A stretch of DNA of 63,762 nt, counting the filler, from Octopus bimaculoides (taxonomy: Eukaryota): assembly GCF_001194135.2 (NCBI RefSeq). It is 7 parts of 7 records of this genome, joined end to end, with 100 filler letters (N's around TTAATTAATTAA, not from the genome) between each part and the next. Parts side by side here need not be neighbours in the genome. Positions count along the whole stretch, not along the records: positions 43,345 to 54,566 come from NC_069004.1; positions 54,667 to 61,313 come from NC_068987.1; positions 61,414 to 62,639 come from NW_026368325.1; 4 more parts are not named here. One strand, given 5' to 3'. This document shows positions 49,946 to 62,638 of the stretch, one piece after another. Made by a program: the position numbers and the translations under genes. How positions within the stretch are numbered: position 1 is the first letter of the stretch; each line of letters opens with the position of its first letter. The notes under the pieces were generated by a model. That model was not told the origin of the DNA, made no database searches, and saw only the letters and a program-made list of their open reading frames with translations.

Positions 49946-50208
49946 TTACGTAGTGTCTCCTCCTTCACGCCTGCCCCCCCCCCCCATTCCCTGTTAACAC
50001 CAGTTTACTGCCAAAGAATGTCATTGATCTTTCGATCTGTGAGTGTGTGAGGCAGGGGCAAGGAGGGGACGAGGGGAGGATCTGTAACATGCACTGTGTG
50101 TGTGTGTGTCTTTGCATGCATCTGTGTTAAACGGTTAGTGTATTAGTTAATCTGTGCTTTATATATGAGATATAGGTGCCTATACATACATGCATGAGTG
50201 TGTGTGTG

Positions 50209-50241
<33 letters not shown>

Positions 50242-51725
50242 CTTTCAATGTGTAACATATTTGTGTGTGTATGTAGTTGCATATGTATGCATGTCTATGT
50301 ATGTGTGCATGTACATATGCATGTTAGTATTCTATGTATACATTTGTATAAATAAATATATATATATATACATGAATATTGAACAATGAGAATCAGTGCT
50401 TCACACCAAACTGGTGGATGAAGATTCTTAAGAAGGCTACCAATGATTTTGTGCAGAGAGAAATCTCTCAATGATTAAGAAGCCTGCCCCAGTGGAACAT
50501 TGACATACGCCTCCATCTTCGTTGAGAATACCCAAGACTACATGAGACTGTATGGCATTTTGGGATGAATAGATATACAGATCATGGGAGGTAACTAATA
50601 GGGAACATTTTAATTGTTGTTACCCTTGTGTTAACTCTCTGATCTTTGTAATGAATTAATTCCGTAATCATTTTATGTGACAACGCTTGTACATATCCAA
50701 ATTTATAAATATAAGTATAAATACATACGTATGTGTGCATACACATCATACAAAATGTACTCACACACATACATACACAGGCATATACGCACTCGCACAC
50801 ACAATCACATAGGCATATATGCACCTATCTACCCCTACTCCCAATATATATATATATATATATAGATGTACATACAGATATATGGTAAAAATAAATGATT
50901 AATTAATAATTAGTAATTTTACCAAGTAGTTCGGTGTGTTAAAAAACCATTATCGGTAAACTTATATAAACATAATTAAAATTTAGGGTTCAGCAAGAAT
51001 TGCTTCACCACACACCGAAAATTAGAAATAGCAGCCAAAACTACTATTTCTCTAACAAAATACAACTCCCAAAACAGCAAAACTATTGAAATAGTGCACT
51101 GTTGAAGGAAGTAAGTTTGGGTAATATAATTTGCACCTCTTTAATCCAAAAACACATCTGCAATTAATCAAGGCCAGGTAGATTTGTTATTTTTTTCTTT
51201 TTTGCCTTTGTAGTTGCGAGTATTGCTGTTTGGGAGTTGTATTTTGGTAGAGAAATAGTACTTTTGACTGCTATTTCAAAATTTTCGGTGTGTGGTGAAG
51301 CAGTTCTTGCTGAACCCTAAACCTCGCTAGAATGATTTTCTAATGTGCCACCGGCACAAGTGCCAGTAAGGCGATGCTGGTAATGATCATGCTCAAATGG
51401 TGCTATTTACGTGCCACCAGTATGGAAACCAGACAGCTGCTCTGGCAATGATTACGCTTGAACAGTGCTGTTAGTGCCCCACTGGCACAGGTGCTGGTCA
51501 TCGAATATGGTTCATTGAATATAGTTCAATTACAATTTCGATTTCACTTGTCCCAACAGGTCTTCACAAGCACAGTTTAGTGTCCAATGAAGGAGAGGTT
51601 GGCATGGGTGCCAGTCATCGGATTTGGTTCGATTTCGATATCTGCTGCATAATGTATGTGCAGTTATTTTGTAATATCTGTATGTGTGTATATTTATGGT
51701 TACGCTTATGTATGTACATGTGTCT

Positions 51726-51767
<42 letters not shown>

Positions 51768-51805
51768 AGTGCTTATTTGTATGCATCTGTGTGTTTGTAT
51801 ATATG

Positions 51806-52049
51806 TCATCATCATCATTGTTTAATGTTTGCTTTCCATGCTGGCATGGATTGGATGGCCTGACTGAGGACTGACCAGGAGGCTGCACTAGGCCCCAATC
51901 TGATCTGGCAAGGTTTTTACAGTGCGTTGGAGTTCGGAAGGCTATCAAGCTGTAGAAACCTTGCCTGGTGCTGCCATCTGGCTTGCCATCCTCAGTCAAA
52001 CCGTCCAACCCATGCCAGCATGGAAAGCAGATGTTAAACAACGATGATG
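51806..52049. mobile_element. Two RTE-type 3' tails in inverted orientation
   Basis: The reverse complement of the left arm matches TCCTCAGTCA..CCAACCCATGCCAGCATGGAAAGCA..TTAAACAA.GATGATG on the right. Confidence 0.8.
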
Positions 52050-52212
52050 TGATTTGTGCAGGTTTGTATATATACGTGTGGTGTGTATGTGTGTATGCAT
52101 ATACATTTGTCTATGTATCTGTATGTATTTAGGTGTGTGTGTATGCGTGTGTACATATATATGTATGTGTGTATGTATGTATATATATATATATATATAT
52201 ATNNNNNNNNNN

Positions 52213-52250
<38 letters not shown>

Positions 52251-52670
52251 CCATTCCAGCTTGGAAAACGGATGTTAAATGATGGTGATGTATGTATGCC
52301 TTTACATATGCATATGTGCGTATCTGTGTCTGCTTGTGTATATACGTACTTCTATTTGTACATGTGTGTGTGTGTGTGTTTGTCTAATTTGATTGTCTTG
52401 TAATTACCTTGTTCGTAATTACATTGTTGTTGACATTAACGAGCTCAATAGATCAATCCAAGGTTTGTCCAGTCTATTTTCAGGCTTTAGGCTGGGGATG
52501 TTGGGATTTCAGCACTGCTGCTGTTGTTGAGTGAGGCATTGAACATTGGATGGGGAAGTCGTGTGTGGACTGTCATGTGGGTTGCAGTGTGTAAGAATGT
52601 ATGTCTGTTTATTTGTAGTAGCTTATGAGATAGGCTGAGTGTGTGTATGTGTGTGTGTATGTGGGTGAGA

Positions 52671-52779
52671 AAGCATGGGTGTGTCTCCAAGCCATATGGT
52701 TCTGTGTTCAATCCCACTGCATGGCCCCTTAGGCAAGTGTCTTCTTCCATAGCCCCAAGCCAACTAATGCCTTATGAGT

Positions 52780-52825
<46 letters not shown>

Positions 52826-52835
52826 NNNNNNNNNN

Positions 52836-52879
<44 letters not shown>

Positions 52880-53010
52880 TTTATATGCAGGGGTTGGGTG
52901 CAGCATGACTGAATGGTTAAGAAATTTACTCTGTAATCATGAGATTCTGGGTTCAGTCCCTCTGCATGGCATCTTGGATAATTATCTTTTACTGTAGCCT
53001 CAGTTGATCA
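52671..53010 (+). mobile_element. Two successive degraded SINE family B heads
   Basis: GTGTTCAATCCCACTGCATGG..GGCAAGTGTCTTC (52671-52780) and GGGTTCAGTCCCTCTGCATGGCATCTTGG (52890-53010); a third lies at 53695-53800. Confidence 0.65.
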
Positions 53011-53014
53011 AAGT

Positions 53015-53330
53015 CCTCATCATCATCATCATCGTCGTCGTCGTTATCATCATTGGCTTCATCACCATCATCATCACCATCATCATCACCATCATCATCA
53101 CCATCATCATCATCATCATCATCATCATCATTGGCTTCATCACCACCATCATCACTATCATCATCATTATCATCATCGGCTTCATCACCATCATCATCAT
53201 CATCATCCTCATCATCATTGGCTTCAACACCATCATCATCATCACTATCATCATCATCATCATCACCAGTGCTTTTTATATGTGGAACCAGCACCAGTGT
53301 TTTTTACATGGCACCTTGGTTTCAGCATCT
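53015..53330 (-). repeat. (CAT)n tract with higher-order unit, attached to an RTE-type 3' UTR fragment
   Basis: CAT(T/C)GGCTTCA(T/A)CACC anchors occur four times; followed by ACCAGTGCTTTTTATATGTGG...TTTTACATGGCACC. Confidence 0.7.
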
Positions 53331-53944
53331 CAATTCTGTTGTGGTGTGCAGGTCTTCTCAAGTACAGCAATGCACCACATATCTTGGTCTTCTGTCATCA
53401 AAGGTTAAACTCACAGTCTTACTCCTGTGAGTGTAACAGCCTAACCATTAAACTACAGCCCTTCATCAGACCGTCTGTGTTAATAATTCAATGTTTGATA
53501 TTTGCTTATATTTTAAATCCCAAATGAAAATTTTGTTATTACCTGGAAGATAACAAGATTTTAGTCGGCAAACATTTGTCTTTGGGATAAGCTGTATTCC
53601 AAACATGGGTTTAATTACTAAAAAAAAAAAGATTAATTTATTAAGAGACAAATTATAATTCATATTTATTTTTATATCCTGAGTGGGTGCCAGGATGGAC
53701 ATGTAGTTAAGAGAATTGCTTTTGTGCTGCTTCATCCTGAGTTCAGTCCCATGGTGTAGCATTTTGGGGCAAAGGTCTCCTATAATAGTCCATGTCAGTC
53801 AACACTATAAGGGGAATTGGGGAGAGAAAATGTATAAACTAAACATACAATCGTCATCATCATCATCATCATCATCGTTTTTTTTTATGATCAACATTCC
53901 ATGCTGCATTTTTCAGGCAGCACTACACATACACACACGTGCAT

Positions 53945-54015
<71 letters not shown>

Positions 54016-54275
54016 GCGTGTGTGTGTGTGTGCATACACACACATGTACATATATGTACATGTACATGTGTGTGTATGTTTGTATTTATATATATGTATA
54101 TATATATGTATATATATTTGTATATATATTAAGGCACAACTCCAGCAAGGCTGCAATCAAATGACTGAAACAAATAAAAGAATAGAATATATATATATAT
54201 ATATATCATGTAACCTCGTGGGCATCGGTACCATTTTCCTCTTTCTCCGTTCTTCCATTCTCCGAACTTTCCATC

Positions 54276-54308
54276 TTTCCGACGAAGGGCTACGCCCGAA
54301 ACGTCATA
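54276..54308 (+). ncRNA. Minimal hammerhead motif (Penelope-type) in a TA-flanked repeat
   Basis: CCGACGA-A-GGGC-TAC-GCCC-GAAA-CG-TC: perfect stem II, ACGT palindromic stem III, C17 at 54305. U4 is C and stem I is weak. Confidence 0.55.
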
Positions 54309-54410
54309 CACTCTCTCTTTCCTTTCCTGAGCGTCCAATAATACTATCCATATCACGTCCTCACTTTGTTGTTTTTTTGTTTTTTTGTTATTGTGTTTTT
54401 GAACTATATA

Positions 54411-54445
<35 letters not shown>

Positions 54446-54666
54446 TTATAAACATAATTAAGGGATCAGCAAATATTTGCTTCACCACATACCGAAGTTC
54501 AGAAATAACAGCTAAAAAAGCTGAGACTTCAACAGATAGCATTACTTGTAACTCACAAAGGCAAAANNNNNNNNNNNNNNNNNNNNNNNNNNNNNNNNNN
54601 NNNNNNNNNNTTAATTAATTAANNNNNNNNNNNNNNNNNNNNNNNNNNNNNNNNNNNNNNNNNNNN

Positions 54667-55092
54667 AGATATAGTTGTCAAAGATTATGAAGGAAAAAAT
54701 GCTTTCTAATTGATGTATCAATATCAGCAGATGACAACGTTTCCCTAAAAGGAATGGAAAAACTTTCAAAATACAAAGACCTGGAAATAGAGGTAACTCG
54801 AATGTGGAATCTAAAAACAGAAACAATTCCTATCATAGTAGGTGCCTTAGGTATAATAAAAAAATATTCAGATAAATACATAACAAAAACCCCAGGACTT
54901 ACAAATATATATAACATACAGAAAATTGCACTACTGGGCACTGCACACATCCTACGCAAAACACTTTCAATACAGTAAAAATGAGAGCATCACAGCAAAC
55001 CACAACATATACCCAAGGCACACAGAGCTGCGCTCGGTAGTGAAGTGAAAGCACGTTATAAAAATAAAACTACTGAACAATAATAATTATAA
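54667..55092 (+). mobile_element. R4/Dong-like non-LTR retrotransposon 3' end
   Basis: DIVVKDYEG / CFLIDVSISADDNVSLKGMEKLSKYKDLEIEVTRMW...KIALLGTAHILRKTLSIQ* matches the PD..D..K..KY restriction-like endonuclease. One frameshift lies in an A-run; AAT tail. Confidence 0.85.
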
Positions 55093-57101
55093 TAGTTTAT
55101 TGGCGAAATGGCCAATAAAGATAATAAAAAGACAACTAAACACATGTAAACATTGCAAACAATAACATTATAACAAGATTTCCAAATGGAGAGGAGTACC
55201 ATTCAGGATTAACCAGGATGTCCCATATCCAGATGGGAAACCTCAACTCCCGAGGATACATTGAGAAGCACTCCTCTTCTATCGGTTACTTCCATCCTAC
55301 GAGAGTAATATATCTACATACATGGGCCATCATTCTCAATTAATCCATTTTCAATAAGTTTATTTGAGGGCAAAGATCGCTGTGCTTCCCACTCAATATT
55401 TGCTTTCTCTTTTATATGGGACTATGAAAAGTCGATGAGAGCTAGATCTATGCTTTCAGTTCAAACAGTGTTGTTAACTAAACAAACTCTTTCGCCGACA
55501 AATTTCTAAAACGATGCCAGTTTTACATGAATTAGATTTTAACAGATACATTTGGATCTGTAAATATTGTAAAACATGATCTCTTAAGGGTGTGAACCGT
55601 CAGAATCACTCGATTGTAGGAGAAATTGATTAGAGAAATTCTTTCGGCGATTCACTTTCAAATTTCAAATAACTGCATTTGCAGGTTTGCTATTCATCGT
55701 TTCGGGTTCGTTAAAATAAAGAATCAGTCTAGAGATGCTGTTGATGTAGACAACAAGCCCTTCTCTCAAAATCGTTGGCCCTGAACAAAATTAGAATGAA
55801 TTATATGTGTTTTAGTGTCTCAGTTCAAATTAGAGGCATAGCTGTAGAACGAATTTGACAGGAAAAAAATTATAGTTGTATATCTGAAAGAAAATGAAGC
55901 AATCAAAACTGAATATATTTGATTTTAAAGCAATAGTGTACGAACTGACACCAGATTAAAATGATTTAACACCGTAGTCATTACATGTATCAAATTTGTT
56001 TACTAAAATTTCACCACATCATCTTAAAATTTTCTGTGTAGCCTCAAATTTTCTAAAGCGAGACTAGTGTGCCGGAAATGTGCAAAATTAATGGAATATT
56101 TTAAGCATGATAACAGACACACAGAAAGCATAATGTTTTCGGAACGCAATACAGATCGGAAACCTATAGCATAGACGTGTCTAGATAACGAAGGAATTTC
56201 CACCACAACCGTAAGCCCACGATCGCCTAATTAGTGTGAAGTGGTGGCGTGAAGTGACGCATTAGATGGCTTAAAATTCGCAATTTTCGCCCTATGAAAT
56301 TTGTCCCAATTTTATGCGTGTCCAATATTCTTTTATGTGAATAGTTGTGATTTAACAGATATTTCTGAATGTCCTGCGGCAATAGTTCTCAATTGTTCTA
56401 TAGGAATCGTAATTCATGAGGGTAACTGATGTGTATTTGATTTGCTGTAAATTAAGTTGCTTTTATTTTATAGTGTACACGATTCTAATTTTATACGTGA
56501 GGCCAATGGGATTTCACATTCCGCAAAGTTCCAGCGGATATCCCTTGCAGATTTGCTCAGGTGCAGTGATTGAACCGCTTAATGCATTTAACGGTATGCG
56601 AATTTATATTATTCAAAGGCGCACACGTTGCTATTCTTTTTAAATGAACTGTATATATCTAAAACTATATTGATTGAAACAAAATGATTTTTAAATATTA
56701 TCTATATTTTGACGAGCGCTGCAGATAAACGCATAGATTACTAATGCACTTTGCATGGAAAGTTGGAAAACGTATTTAAATTTTAAAAATAATATGAACT
56801 ATATAGAAAAATATTTTGCTTGGTTTTTAAGACGATGAATAACATGATTTCCAAGACTTTGTACCTTTAATATTAAATATTCATTTTATATATATGATAA
56901 TGTTTTAAAAATCCACTGAGCAGAGATTACATTGCACTACACTATTTGAGAAACTCTGTAAAAGAAAATAGCCAAGCCTCCTTAATCTTGAACACATCTA
57001 TAAAAAACATTATTATGTGAATATATAAAGAACATTTAATTTCAACACTTTAATCGTGTCGGATTGTTGAATCAGGCCGTGTTGATATTGCGACTATCAA
57101 T

Positions 57102-57317
57102 AAGGCGGTGTACTGCAGAAGTATTTACATGCCGGTCGGAATGCTCACCATTATTTCGTCCGTCTTAAGGTTTTGAATTCAAATTACGCCGAGATTGACT
57201 TTGCCATTCATCTTTTCGGTTTGTATAAAATAAGTAGAAGTTGAGCTCGGTGGTCAATGTAATCGATTTGAGCCGTTCTTCCACGAACATGCTGTCCTTG
57301 TGTCAAACTTTGAAACT
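57102..57317 (+). mobile_element. SINE family A, diverged
   Basis: AAGGCGGTGTACTGCAGAA...TTTGAATTCAAATTACGCCGAGATTGACTTTGCCATTCATCTTTTCGG. Confidence 0.7.
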
Positions 57318-57944
57318 AATATTGTGAATGTCAACATAATGCATAAAGGAAATATATTAAGAATGCAACGGGATGAAAGTGGTAGCAGTGTCGCCGAGTT
57401 AATTGAATCTTATTTGTAGTTATTATGAAAACTACCGGTGTTGGTGGTGTAGTAGGTTCTGAGTGAAATCCCAAGTCACACTGCACGCACCACGTCCTCG
57501 CGTTGTTGGTTTTTCTTGTGTTCTTTCTTCTTTTTTTTTGGGGGGGGGATAAACTCTATGTGTGTGTGTGTGTGTGTGTGTGTTTGTAAACAAATATAAG
57601 CTGTTTAAATTTTAATAATTTTAATAATAAGGCTGAAAGGCTTTTGATCTGAGAATTGCCTGGCAAGTTAAAAAGAAATTAGCGAATAATGAATTTTGGG
57701 TAATATTTTCGAAACCGAACCAAAGTTGCGGTATGTCAGATTACTTCGCCGATAAAAAGCACCCCACCCAAGGAAAAAAAATGAAAAATAAAAATATAAA
57801 AGCGATATCCCGTATTCTTTCAGTAATATAAATGAAATATTTATAATACTTGATCATAATACTGTTTATTAATTTGTGTTTGTGATGATGCTGTTTTTCT
57901 TAATTCGGTTGTCATTGTGGAAATTAATTATTTCTACAATTAAA

Positions 57945-59027
57945 TAGTTGATTATTATTGCTGTTGTTGTTACTGTAGTTGTTTAGGCTGTCACTACCAT
58001 TGTAGACAAATGATATTGAGTGGTTCCATGTCGTGGTTCATTTTTCTTTATAGTTGCTGTTGTTTTTGTAACATTTAAAAAAATTGAATTGTAACTGTAA
58101 CAGTTGGGGGTTGAAAATAATGAAGTCACTGACTCAATTTGACGGGAGATTGTCGTAGCAGCGCCGACGATGAGGATGAAGTTGATGATGATGGTGATGA
58201 TGATGGTGATGATGATGAGCAGCAAGAGGACGAGTAAGAGAATGATGATAGTAATACTAGTGTAGATGACAATGACGACGATGAGCAGATTTGATAGTGG
58301 AGTCGATGTTGGTGCATTTTGAATATAATAGGGATAATGATGACGCTGCCTGCTGCTGATGATGATGATGATGATAATGATGCTGATATTGATGACTGAT
58401 GATAGTTATGGCAAATATGATAAAACTATGATGACGATGGGGACGTTTACGAAGATACCGTTGATGATGGTGATGATAACTATGATGATCAGATATTGAT
58501 GATGATGCTGTTTCACGGTTTGGCGTTGGCGATGATCGTATATAACATTCCTAAGAACCTTGTTTTTGTTATCATAATTGTTGCTGCTCCAGCGTTCGTT
58601 GTTGTTGTTGTTGTTCACGTTGTCATTGTTTTTCTTATTATTTGTTGGATTTCGTTTTTTTTGTTATTCTTGTTGTCATTGATGGATATTATGAATCTCA
58701 CAAATATGTATTTGTTTTGTTGTTGTCGTTGTTCCTGTGGTAGTTGATGTAGATATTAACGATAGGGATATTAAATGGTTTTCAATTGTTGTTGTTGTGG
58801 TTCTTTTTTACTTTATTGTTGTTATTTTCGTCGTTGTTGTTGTTGTTGTCGTTGTTGTTGCAGTATGTATAGTTGTTGTTGTTTTAAATATTGATATGAA
58901 TGATGTGTGATAAATAGATATTTTGCAAATGTCGTTTAATATTTTTGCAGATATTACTTTATTATTTCTGCCGCCGTTCTTTTTGCAGCATTTGTTGTTC
59001 TTACTTGAATTATTATTGCTGTTCTTA

Positions 59028-59119
<92 letters not shown>

Positions 59120-59630
59120 TTCACTTAAGTTATTGCTGCGCTCGCTTCAGATATTAATGAGATTGCTATCACAGTTTCGTTACTCTTGCTGCTGTTGCTG
59201 GTAACGGTTGGTGCTGATTGCCGATGTCTGTGTTTGTAGTTGCTCTTAGTTATTTGTATTGTTCTGTTGCCTATTTATTACACGTATCGTTATTAGTAAT
59301 GTTGCTGTCATTGTTGTTGTTGATGTTATTGTTGATGAAGTAAATGTTTGAGCGCATTAAGTGTTATCAACTTAAATGATATTTGCAATTTCCGAGCAGA
59401 AAATTAAAATGCCAACATCAGTTTGATGAAAAATCGCAAACAACAACCACAATTACACAAACAATGATAACAACTGCATCAATAACATCGACAGAAGATA
59501 TAATAACGAAAACAACACCAATAACTACCACGGAACATTTAGAATAGATAGAAAAGATAACTGCTACTATGGTATTAACTACATCTTTAAAATTAAAAAA
59601 AATGATAATGAGAAAAATGGAATTTATAAC
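57945..59630. repeat. Degenerate triplet mosaic including perfect (TAT)n at 59031-59118
   Basis: GAT/GTT/TAT-rich; stops in all frames. Confidence 0.8.
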
Positions 59631-60317
59631 GAACATGATTAAAATGGCTGCCCACTGTTAAGAGATGCGATTAAATTTTGAAGTTTCAGCTGCTGCTGTA
59701 TTACAAGGTTCGTTAACATGCATATTAGTTCCATCGAGACAACATCTTTGTCAACGTTTTCTGTCCTTCGAAACAAAAGCATTTTATGAGTAGTTGCAGA
59801 TGTTGACAGAAAAGCGTTAACCAGGACAAAGGGAAATTGGGTGTGGCAGGAAATTTCGGTGACAAAATAAATTTGTACCGTGCCATACGTGGTTTTTATA
59901 TCTATTCTGCAGAGCAATATATTGGCGTAGAAAACATCACTTACTGCACATTAGGTGAAATTCCAACGCAGCAGTTCTACGGGACTGGATTTGCAGTTTC
60001 TTAGTATGAGCTTTCATACAAAACTCGAAACTCGCTTTCTTCCTCGGGAGAATGTTTAGTGTATATTTGTATTTTATTTCAACTGATCCAAACGTGCATT
60101 ACTTAGTCTAGGAAAGCATTTGCATACCCAATAGCAATGTGGAACGGCATCTTAGAAATTGTTATTTGGGTTGTTATTATACATGTATGTGTATCTATCT
60201 ATCTATCTATTTGTCTGTGTGCCTGTGTGTCTGTGTATCTGTCTATCTATTTATCTATCTATTTGTCTGTGTGTCTCTGTCTATGTCTATCTGTCTATCG
60301 ATATATATATATATATT

Positions 60318-60415
<98 letters not shown>

Positions 60416-60416
<1 letters not shown>

Positions 60417-60574
60417 AAGGTTGGCCAGAGGTCACCCGACAGTAAATCAAATTTCCATAGATACTATCTGGAATTCTGTATTGACTCGAATGGAAAAATG
60501 TGTCGCTCAAGAAGGACATGAGTTTGGAATTGAATAGTTTTTATTTCCTGTCAGGTGACTTTTGGCCAAGCCTG
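60416..60574 (+). mobile_element. 159-bp Tc1/mariner deletion derivative (MITE) with TA TSD
   Basis: 27-bp imperfect TIRs CA(A/G)G(G/C)TTGGCCA(G/A)A(G/A)GTCACC(C/T)GACAG flanked by TA. The interior encodes a transposase-like C-terminus, WNSVLTRMEKCVAQEGHEF. Confidence 0.8.
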
Positions 60575-61433
60575 TATATATATATATATATATACATGCA
60601 TACACACACACATATACACACACACACACACACATATATATGTACGCCCATTTACACAAACATATAAATACATATGTATATATACACACGTAATCACGCA
60701 CACATACACCCCCACACATATATATAAACACATACATCCCTGCATAAGTTCACATACAATAAACTCAGTGTAAGTTTTACCGATGTGCATATGGTTTTAT
60801 GCTTTTTGATGTCGTATATGCAACTTTGAGTTTGAATATCGTTTTTTGCAGAATGGTCGTTTTTATTAATGCATCTGAGCTCAAGCAGACGACAGTTGGC
60901 TTGAATATACATTCTAGAGTATATGATTTCTGAAACATTTCCTGATTTATGAACCCTATATCAATGTATAGAAACATTATTTTGTGTGTTATTAATAAAA
61001 CTAAGTATTAAATCTTCTTATACTGATAATTAACATTTTACAGGTAATAATTGGTGAGATATCGGTTCAGGAGAGCGTTGTCTGAAAATATGCTGTTTCT
61101 CTGTAATTCATAAAACTAAGCTGTATTTGTGGACATTAAAAGATTGTTTCACTTAAAAGCATTTTCAAATAAATACAAAAATAAACACATTTTAAATCAC
61201 TGGAAAGGTGTGATTCCCATCTAATTTTGATTTCGATCTGATTATGAAAATATCAATTTCTTACCAGTATAAACTTATACTTTCTCACACTGTACGTGTC
61301 CAATCATATATATNNNNNNNNNNNNNNNNNNNNNNNNNNNNNNNNNNNNNNNNNNNNTTAATTAATTAANNNNNNNNNNNNNNNNNNNNNNNNNNNNNNN
61401 NNNNNNNNNNNNNGAGAGAGAGAGAGAGAGAGA

Positions 61434-61574
61434 TACAGACAGACAGACAGACAGATAGATAGATCGATAGATAGATAGATAGATAGATATAGACAGACAG
61501 ACAGATAAATCGATAGACACACACAGACAGATTGATCAATCGACAGACAGACAGACAGACAGATAGATAGATAA

Positions 61575-61617
<43 letters not shown>

Positions 61618-61619
61618 GG

Positions 61620-61654
<35 letters not shown>

Positions 61655-61745
61655 CTGAAAGAGAGAGAGAGAGAGAAAGAAATAGGGAGAGTGAGAGATT
61701 GAGAAAGATAGATAGATAGATATATAGAGAAAAAGAGGGAGAGAA
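61434..61745. repeat. Compound (GA)n/(GACA)n/(GATA)n microsatellite
   Basis: Seen directly. Confidence 0.9.
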
Positions 61746-61849
61746 AGAGAGAAATAGACATAAAAATAAATTATGCATACCTTGCATTTAATCTTGACTC
61801 TTTCTCTTTCCCAACAATATTGGGATACAAAATTTGTACCCACATACCT

Positions 61850-62638
61850 TATGAAAATGATACCAACCAAACTATGTTGAGTGATTTTCTTGTAGGAGTC
61901 ACTCTTCTGCAGAAGCTCTACAGAATATCAAGCGGGCCCTTGTTAATGGTTTTGTTGATATCAGAACTGTTCAGAGATGGTTCCAAAGCTCTCGTTCAGG
62001 AGATGATAGCCTTGAAAATAAACCAAGGGGTAGGCCATGGTCTGTTATTCAGCATGATGGATTAAATGCTTTGGTTGAACAAAATCCAAGAAGAAAGGTT
62101 CAAAAACTTTCATCAGAACTCCAAACATCTTGCACAACTGTTTCTCGACACCTGAAAAAAATTGAAAGAGTCAAGAAAATGGATAGGTTTGTTCCTCATC
62201 AACTGAACGAGATTCAGAAAAACAGACGCCTCGAAGTGTGCTCCTTATTGCTTTCTTGAGTGGAAAAAGATCATTTTTGCATTGAATCATTACTTGTGAT
62301 GAAAAATAGATAGTCTTTGACAACAGCAGGAGAACAGGACAGTAATTAGATGCAGGAGAGTCACCTAAACACTTCTTAAACCCACCATTGCACCCTAAAA
62401 AGCTAGTGGTCACTGTATAGTGGGTCTGTGAAGGGAATTATTCATTATTCATTTTTGCAACAAGGAAAAAATGGTAACAGCAACATCATATTGCCAGGAA
62501 ATTGATTGTATACGTGAGAATTTGAAAAAGAAGCAACCCAGACAAGTGAATAGAAATGGCTCAATTTTGCTCCATGGCAATGCATGGCATCACACTCCTC
62601 AAGCTATGGTCCAAAAGTTGCAAAGCCTGAATTATGAG
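61850..62638 (+). mobile_element. Mariner transposase pseudogene (Hsmar1/cecropia-like)
   Basis: HTH: SAEALQNIKRA..IRTVQRWFQSSRSGDDSLENKPRGRP. Also VEQNPR, FVPHQL (WVPHEL), IITCDEK, LHPKKL, ILLHGNAWHHT (HDNA). Stops and frameshifts are present; runs into a gap. Confidence 0.9.
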
